Shown here one piece after another: positions 58,037-64,000 of a DNA stretch of 64,000 nucleotides. The translations under genes were made by a program, and so were the position numbers. The notes beneath the pieces are model-generated. The model was not told where the DNA came from. It ran no database searches and worked only from the letters and a program-made list of their open reading frames with translations. Numbering within the stretch: position 1 is the stretch's first letter; every line of letters starts with the position of its first letter. The stretch lies in NCBI GenBank assembly GCA_965233585.1, contig CBDDTI010000747.1, positions 480,001-544,000 on the forward strand. Direction: 5' to 3'. The stretch comes from a bacterium (GTDB lineage Bacteria > SAR324 > NAC60-12).

Positions 58037-59218
58037 ATGGACTCTACTCATAAGCTACACTACAAGGCATCTATTCTTCACTCATTCATTCGTTTTTTCA
58101 ATAGTTTTTATAGCATTGTTGGAATTGTTTTTATTTTACACATTGCAGTCTTACTTTTCTTTCTCCTTAATCACCCCCCGACAAAGCCCACTATTTCAAC
58201 GCCCCAACGCATACAAGTTGCTGTCATTCTTGCGACTCCGAAACAGTCTAGTCAACCAAAATCTACTGTCAAGCCAAAAAAAGCTAAAAAACCCAAAAAA
58301 CCCAAAAAAGTTGAAAAACCAAAAAAAGTTGAAATCAAGAACAAGCCCCAAAACATCGTCAAGCCCCCACCTGTTCCACCAAAAGCCAAGCCCCTCGTGC
58401 CACGTCCTCCCAAAAACTTGAGTTTTGCCAAACCCACCCTAAACCCCAAGCCTCAAGTGCCTCTTGGAACGGTGTCAAAACTGACTAGTCAACCGTTGAA
58501 TCGTGGAAACTTCTCATCATCAAGGAAATTAAAGCCTGATTCTAACGCCACTCGTTTGGTTGAAAAAAAACTACGTAAAACACGCATTGATTCAAATTTT
58601 TCGCAACCGACCACCAAAACCAAAACAACACCCAGCCTTGCTAAGAGTCTCAATAGTCTCAATCCACAAGCTCCTGAGACACTCCCGCAAATTCAAACAC
58701 AAGAATCCACCAAAACAAACATTGTTCCTTTGGAAAAAACATTGACTCCAGTAGAAAAAGCATCGCTTTCCATTCCATCAGCTTCACAAACGGTTGCTTC
58801 TCACACAGATTTTAAAATTGAATTTCCCAAAATCCAGACGTCTCCAACACTTCCACAAGTTCCGATTGAAACTGAAGACACGCAAACAGAAGAAGTCCAA
58901 ACGTCGCCACAGTCCAATGCAGGGCAACCAAACACTGAGCAGTTGAGTACAGAAAAGTTGGCATACAATCAAGCCATTGCCAATCAAATCCGTTTAGTTG
59001 CCCCACAAACTTTTGAGTCTGATTTGGTGATGCGTGTCAAATTGGTCATAGGTTTGCAAGGAGAGTTGCAGGAGTTGGAAGAACTTCGTTCTAGCGGGAA
59101 TGCCAGCTTTGACCTTGTGGCACGCAATGCACTGAAAAAAGCAACATTTCCTCCTTTGAGCGAAGCCCTTGCACAGAATCCACCTTACATTGTCATTGTT
59201 AACATTTCTCCCAAATAA
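58037..59218 (+). CDS. TolA/TonB-like protein
   Basis: TM segment with His, Lys/Pro-rich stalk, C-terminal SSGN..FD..A..AL...FPP. Confidence 0.85.
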   Translation: MDSTHKLHYKASILHSFIRFFNSFYSIVGIVFILHIAVLLFFLLNHPPTKPTISTPQRIQVAVILATPKQSSQPKSTVKPKKAKKPKKPKKVEKPKKVEIKNKPQNIVKPPPVPPKAKPLVPRPPKNLSFAKPTLNPKPQVPLGTVSKLTSQPLNRGNFSSSRKLKPDSNATRLVEKKLRKTRIDSNFSQPTTKTKTTPSLAKSLNSLNPQAPETLPQIQTQESTKTNIVPLEKTLTPVEKASLSIPSASQTVASHTDFKIEFPKIQTSPTLPQVPIETEDTQTEEVQTSPQSNAGQPNTEQLSTEKLAYNQAIANQIRLVAPQTFESDLVMRVKLVIGLQGELQELEELRSSGNASFDLVARNALKKATFPPLSEALAQNPPYIVIVNISPK

Positions 59219-59219
59219 A

Positions 59220-60458
59220 ATGCTTATGAAACTTATTTTGCCACTGCTTTTGTCGTTCATCGTTTCGGTTCATTTTGTTCATGCACAAACTTATTCTGAT
59301 GATGAAATCACAATAAGGGACATGAACTTTGCCAGATTTAGCATTGCGTTGGAAGAGTCTGAATCTATCAAGCAGAATTTACAAGGATACCGCTACATTG
59401 CCATTTTGAAAAAAAATCTATGTTGGAGTGGCGTCTTTGTGGTGTATTCCCAACAAAGAGGAACTTATTGTTCCTCAAAAAAATCCCCAGACTTCACTTT
59501 GCAAGTTGGAATTGATGAGGAAGCTAAGTTGGTGATTGAGCTTAAAAATGCCCTGACGCCTTTTCAAAGGAGGCTTGTCATCAATGAACAAGAAATTATG
59601 AATGCCATCAATCAATTAGTGGAGTCTGTCACAGGCACATCAGGGGTTTTAGGTTCTACTCTGGCTTTCACTTTTAAACAACCTAAACGTAAAAAGATTA
59701 TTGCCAGAATCAACACGCATGGCAGAGGATTGGCTCGCATTTCTAAAAACCAAGCGATTAACATTGCTCCGAGATGGTCTCCTCAGGGAGATGCCATTGT
59801 TTATACTGCCTTGGGTCAAAGAAAAAATACGTTGGTTTATAACAGTTTAGAAACGCCAGAGACGACTTTGGGAGAATATCGCGGAATCAATAGCGGTGGG
59901 ACGTGGTCTCCAGACCAGAGTCATTTGATTTTGAATTTGAGCAAAGATGGGAATCCAGAACTTTATCAATTCAACATCTCCCAAAAATCGCTGCTGCGTT
60001 TGACGTTTCATTCTTCTATTGAAGCCTCGCCTGCACTTTCGCCTGATGGGAAATATTTGTTATTTGTCTCAGACAGAGGCGGGAGTGAACAGATTTATTT
60101 GATGTATCTACAAACAAGGGAGACTTTCCGCATCACCTTCACAGGTCAACGCAATGCTGACCCTAAATGGCATCCAAACGGCAGGCTTTTAGCTCTCACT
60201 AAAACAGTGATGGGATACGATCAAATTTATGTGATGGACATTTTTGGTGAAATGTCTCGGCAGATTACGAAAGGGAGGTCTCATTCTGAACAACCTGCAT
60301 GGTCTCCTGATGGCAGAATGCTGGCATTCTCCTCCAACAAATCAGGAACATACAAACTCTACATCACACCACTTGATGGCAAAGACAGGAGGCGCATCAC
60401 GGACACCCCTAGATTTTTTGAAGAAAAGTCTCCTTCTTGGACTCAAAGACAATTTTAA
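59220..60458 (+). CDS. tolB: TolB-like PD40 beta-propeller
   Basis: Signal peptide; P.WSPDG repeats, SKDGN.ELY, SDR.G..QIY; follows the TolA-like gene. Confidence 0.85.
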   Translation: MLMKLILPLLLSFIVSVHFVHAQTYSDDEITIRDMNFARFSIALEESESIKQNLQGYRYIAILKKNLCWSGVFVVYSQQRGTYCSSKKSPDFTLQVGIDEEAKLVIELKNALTPFQRRLVINEQEIMNAINQLVESVTGTSGVLGSTLAFTFKQPKRKKIIARINTHGRGLARISKNQAINIAPRWSPQGDAIVYTALGQRKNTLVYNSLETPETTLGEYRGINSGGTWSPDQSHLILNLSKDGNPELYQFNISQKSLLRLTFHSSIEASPALSPDGKYLLFVSDRGGSEQIYLMYLQTRETFRITFTGQRNADPKWHPNGRLLALTKTVMGYDQIYVMDIFGEMSRQITKGRSHSEQPAWSPDGRMLAFSSNKSGTYKLYITPLDGKDRRRITDTPRFFEEKSPSWTQRQF

Positions 60459-60491
60459 ACTTGCTTTTAGCAAACTCTCAAAAGACTGAAA

Positions 60492-61415
60492 TCAGGAGTT
60501 TTGCAAGGTATTGGATAAAGCATTGAGCAGATTATGGACGGCATGGCGAGTGACCTTGTCAAAACTTTGCTGTGTTGAACCTGCAATGTGGCTAGTTGTG
60601 ATGCAATGTGGATGTTGGATTAAGTCAGAGGTGGCAGGTGGTTCTTGTTCATAAACATCAGTGGCATAACATGCCAGTTTTCCAGACTTGAGGGCATCTA
60701 GCACAGCATCAGGGTCAACAAGCTGAGCGCGAGCAGTATTGATTAAGACAGTGCCTTGTTTCATGTTTTGTAGAGCTTCTTGGTCAATCAAAGTTTTGGT
60801 CAAAGCAGGACAGTGCAGAGAAATCAAATCAGACTTCTCCAAAAGAGTCTTCAAAGGAACATGTTGATATTGACAATTTTCAAGAAAAGGGTCACAGACC
60901 AAGACATGAGCATTTAAGACAGAGGCGATGTGAGCCAAATGAGAACCAATATTGCCATAGCCAATGACTCCAACTGTTTTGCCTGCAAATTCCTGTCCCT
61001 TCGGTCTTTCCCAACGCCCTGCTTTGATTCCTGCACAAATCATCGGAATCTGTCTTAATGCAGAAAACATCAATCCGATAGCGAGTTCTGCAACAGATTG
61101 TGCTAAAACTCCCTCTACGCGCAAGACTGGAATGTTTCTTTGTTGTAATTCTTGCAAAGGAAGATTATCTATGCCAACTCCGTTACGGCTGATGGCACGA
61201 AGTTTTTTAGCGCTGGCAATCACCTGAGGAGAGACTGGCTCTACTCCTGCAAGCCAGCCTACACAGTCTGGAATAAGTTGCAACAGTTCTTCTGTGGAGG
61301 GTGTTCGTCCTTTGGTGCAGTAAAGGACTTCATAGCCTGCTTGGGTGAAAAGGCTCAAGGATTCATGTCCTTCAGCAGTCAAAGAACGTGGGGTGATGAG
61401 TATTTTTTGTGACAT
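60492..61415 (-). CDS. D-2-hydroxyacid (phosphoglycerate) dehydrogenase-like
   Basis: SRNGVG.DN, GVIGYGNIG, INTAR, DVY..EP, HIAG. Confidence 0.9.
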   Translation of the reverse strand: MSQKILITPRSLTAEGHESLSLFTQAGYEVLYCTKGRTPSTEELLQLIPDCVGWLAGVEPVSPQVIASAKKLRAISRNGVGIDNLPLQELQQRNIPVLRVEGVLAQSVAELAIGLMFSALRQIPMICAGIKAGRWERPKGQEFAGKTVGVIGYGNIGSHLAHIASVLNAHVLVCDPFLENCQYQHVPLKTLLEKSDLISLHCPALTKTLIDQEALQNMKQGTVLINTARAQLVDPDAVLDALKSGKLACYATDVYEQEPPATSDLIQHPHCITTSHIAGSTQQSFDKVTRHAVHNLLNALSNTLQNS

Positions 61416-61430
61416 TTTTTAAATGACTCC

Positions 61431-62210
61431 TTATGACTCTTTCTGTGATTGCGATTGTTTGTAAACAATCCGTTCTAGGATTTCTTTGCAAAGTGCTTCA
61501 TACATGAACGCCCCTTTGGTTTTGCCCCCTTTGTAGTCAAAAATACTTTGATGAAACGCAGGGGCTTCTTGAATAGAAACAGAGTCTTCAATCATACTTT
61601 GAAACAGGAGATGAGACCACCGATTTTGAAGTTCTTGAAGCACCGTTTTGGCAATGTTGGTACGATGATTGATTCTGGTAATGGCAATGCCTAAAATCTC
61701 TGCATGGCATGCACCGCATGAGTCTTGTTTTAACCCTTCAATGTATGCCATCGCTTGGTCGCAACCGCTGTATCCAAGATAGTCTGTGACAATGGGAATG
61801 ATGACATAATCTACATACATGAGGATATTTTCATTGATTTCATTCCAGCTGGGTGCGCAGTCAAAAATGACAAAATTCTGTGAAAGGTTTTGGCAAAGTT
61901 TTTTCAAGATTGTTTCACGGAATCTGGAGGCGCTGATGTAACGTGAGGCTTCTGGTAACAACTTTCCCCCTGATGGCAAAAAGTCAAAATTTTGAGAAAG
62001 TTGAACAAATTCAAATTCTTCCACATGCCCTAAAATTAAGTTGGCAAGATTAGAGACGTGGTCTCTTTGAAACACTGTGGTAATGTTTGCTTGCACGTCA
62101 GAGTCAATGAGTAAGACGCTTCTACCTGCTTTGGCAATTCGGTCAGCAAGGCTGATGGCAAGAGCTGTTTTGCCTTGACCTCCTTTCATAGTCATAATTG
62201 CGATTTTCAT
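61431..62210 (-). CDS. ParA/Soj family ATPase (no parB adjacent)
   Basis: KGGQGKT, LLIDSDVQAN.T, IFDCAPS, EAP.....I.DY. Confidence 0.92.
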   Translation of the reverse strand: MKIAIMTMKGGQGKTALAISLADRIAKAGRSVLLIDSDVQANITTVFQRDHVSNLANLILGHVEEFEFVQLSQNFDFLPSGGKLLPEASRYISASRFRETILKKLCQNLSQNFVIFDCAPSWNEINENILMYVDYVIIPIVTDYLGYSGCDQAMAYIEGLKQDSCGACHAEILGIAITRINHRTNIAKTVLQELQNRWSHLLFQSMIEDSVSIQEAPAFHQSIFDYKGGKTKGAFMYEALCKEILERIVYKQSQSQKES

Positions 62211-62231
62211 ATCGTTCTTTTGGGAATCACT

Positions 62232-63158
62232 TTATTTTTGAGCTGTTTTTTTCAATTTTTGAGACATGTTTTGACCTCTTGGGTGTTTGTCGTGAAAGAC
62301 GGTGTCATAGTGAGGTCTGTTAATGTGAGCATACTGCATGGTTGCATCAAGGCTGACGTATCCGAACAGGGTACGAATGGTTGTCAAGTCCATACCTTGT
62401 TCAATGAGATGAGAGGCAAACGAATGTCTTAAAATACGTGGGTTAATCCGCTTTGTAATTCCTGCAGTTTGGGCGTGCCGCTTCACAATATTCCAAAAGC
62501 TCACACGGTGCAGTCTTTTACTCTGTTGAGAGACAAACAAACACTTGGAAGCAGAGCCTTTTAAATAATACTGCCTTGACCCTTCATTCAAATAGACTTC
62601 CAGACATTCTTTGGCTTTTTTACTGATGGGAACAAGACGCATTCGCTTTCCTTTAATTTTGGCAACTCCTTCTTCCAACAGGAGGTCATCTACATCAAGG
62701 TTGATGATTTCTTCTATTTTTGCACCAGTGGAATATGCAAACTCAAGCATGGCACGGTCTCGGATTCCCAAAAAATGATACTTGGGAGGTGCTTCTAGCA
62801 AGGCGATGACTTCCTTGGCAGACAGCACTTCAGGCAGTTCATATTCAATTTCAGGAAATTTGATGTTCCTCATCGGGTTGTATTGAACTGCTTGGATTTG
62901 CACTAGGAAGTGGAAGAAAAGTTTAAGTGATGAAAGGTGTCTTGCGACTGTTCTTGGCTTGCAGCGACTTTCTAAATCGTTCATGTATTTTTGAAGCATA
63001 GGCAGTGCAACATTGGCAACATCTGTTTTTGAGACGACTTGCCCTTCTCCTAGCCATTGTTCAAAATGAAAGAGGTCTAATTGATGACTTTCAATACTAT
63101 GATTTGAGTATTTTTTGATTTTCAAATATTGTATGAAGTCTGCAATCAGTTGTTTCAT
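62232..63158 (-). CDS. XerD-like tyrosine recombinase with substituted catalytic residues
   Basis: SAM-like N-domain, LPEVLS..EV..LL, RDRAMLE..Y.TG, LRHSFA.HL...G.DL, C-terminal HPR. Confidence 0.88.
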   Translation of the reverse strand: MKQLIADFIQYLKIKKYSNHSIESHQLDLFHFEQWLGEGQVVSKTDVANVALPMLQKYMNDLESRCKPRTVARHLSSLKLFFHFLVQIQAVQYNPMRNIKFPEIEYELPEVLSAKEVIALLEAPPKYHFLGIRDRAMLEFAYSTGAKIEEIINLDVDDLLLEEGVAKIKGKRMRLVPISKKAKECLEVYLNEGSRQYYLKGSASKCLFVSQQSKRLHRVSFWNIVKRHAQTAGITKRINPRILRHSFASHLIEQGMDLTTIRTLFGYVSLDATMQYAHINRPHYDTVFHDKHPRGQNMSQKLKKTAQK

Positions 63159-63242
63159 TTCACTTTATTTTAAGAGGAAGCAATTATAAGCGATTTTCGC
63201 TTTGAATCCAACCAAACAGTTCACCAACTTTAAGGCGTCTTC

Positions 63243-64000
63243 ATGGAGCATCTTCAACCTTATTTCTTCAATTTCTCTTCTGTGAGAGAAGCATCAAATC
63301 CAACCATTGGTGTTGAATATGAGTATTTTTTAATGCAAAACCAACAGACTCCCGTTGCGTTGGAAGGTGAGCATAGTCTTTATCAGCTGATTGAAGAATT
63401 GGGACAGGAGCTTGCCAAATTTGATGAAATTCAGCACATTTTGGAACAAAGCAGAGTGATTGGTTTGAAGGGGACAGATGGAAACGTGACCATTGAACCC
63501 GGTGGACAGCTGGAATTTTCAGGGAATCCTGTGAGCTTTGAAAACTTTTCTAATGCACCTACTTTACGTTTTTTGGCAGGACTTTATCGTGTTTTTGAGA
63601 GGCATCAAGTGAATCTATTGGCAGAAGGCACTCACCCTATGCTGACTTTAGAACAAATCCCCTTAGTTCACAAATCACGGTATCACATCATGTTCCCACA
63701 CATGCAAAAGGTTGGCACAAGAGGTCAGCAGATGATGAAAATGACCTCTAGTGTGCAAAGCAGTTTGGACTACTTCAGTCAAGAAGATTTACAACAGAAG
63801 TTTGTTTTGTGCAATCGTTTGTCTCCATTCTTGGCAGGTTTATTTGCAAATAGCCCATTGCTAGCAGGCTCTGCTTCTGGTTACAAATCCTTTCGTTACC
63901 ACATTTGGCGTGATACTGACAATTCAAGGGCTGGCTTACCAAAACCATTTTTGGAAGAATCTTTTCAGCTTGACGATTATATTCAGTGGGCATTAGACGC
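63243..64000 (+). CDS. gshA: Glutamate-cysteine ligase (GCS2/plant-type GshA), 3'-partial, absent from ORF track
   Basis: ATG 63243 reads MEHLQPYF...IGVEYEYF...VTIEPGGQLEFSG...KSRYHIM...MMKMTSSVQSSLDY...LFANSP...R.HIW.DTD..R, open to the window end. Confidence 0.9.
   Translation, partial: MEHLQPYFFNFSSVREASNPTIGVEYEYFLMQNQQTPVALEGEHSLYQLIEELGQELAKFDEIQHILEQSRVIGLKGTDGNVTIEPGGQLEFSGNPVSFENFSNAPTLRFLAGLYRVFERHQVNLLAEGTHPMLTLEQIPLVHKSRYHIMFPHMQKVGTRGQQMMKMTSSVQSSLDYFSQEDLQQKFVLCNRLSPFLAGLFANSPLLAGSASGYKSFRYHIWRDTDNSRAGLPKPFLEESFQLDDYIQWALD

Noticed and set aside
61911..61926. parS site inside parA (TGTTTCACGG...)
   Set aside because: Only one half of the TGTTTCACGTGAAACA palindrome matches.
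63159..63242. dif-like or att site beside the Xer-like gene
   Set aside because: No TTATGTTAAAT-like arm or flanking direct repeat seen, and the neighbours are housekeeping genes, not an integrated element.

Overview
AT-rich bacterial chromosome segment from a Gram-negative organism (lpxA, tolB, GT9, many lipoproteins). The gene content looks SAR324/deltaproteobacteria-like, but that is only an impression. Housekeeping genes (lpdA, lpxA, alr, pheT, dgkA, uvrB, era, infA, mreB, argS, HU, tolA/tolB-like, partial gshA) are interleaved with accessory genes. I saw no rRNA, tRNA, CRISPR array, transposase or reverse transcriptase. Main observations: (1) two surface lipoproteins share an unrecognised ~100-aa two-Cys stalk domain and a similar leader, but end in different beta-propellers (Kelch vs RCC1). 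The Kelch gene is frameshifted at a G8 tract inside its signal peptide, a candidate phase-variation switch. (2) A family of GTCATT-stem-CTTGA-stem-AATC palindromic repeats forms an 11-unit cluster, flanks a two-gene cassette, and has one dimer in frame inside a lipoprotein gene. (3) An intact XerD-like protein and an intact DnaA paralog both carry substituted catalytic residues. (4) A five-gene exported/lipoprotein operon (FlgT-N-like, HEAT, three TPR paralogs) contains an uncalled 57-aa gene. (5) A decayed type II R-M locus has an internally deleted endonuclease-like gene and an MTase with an in-frame TGA; an intact type IIG-like enzyme lies elsewhere. All family assignments come from motif recognition by eye, not database searches.
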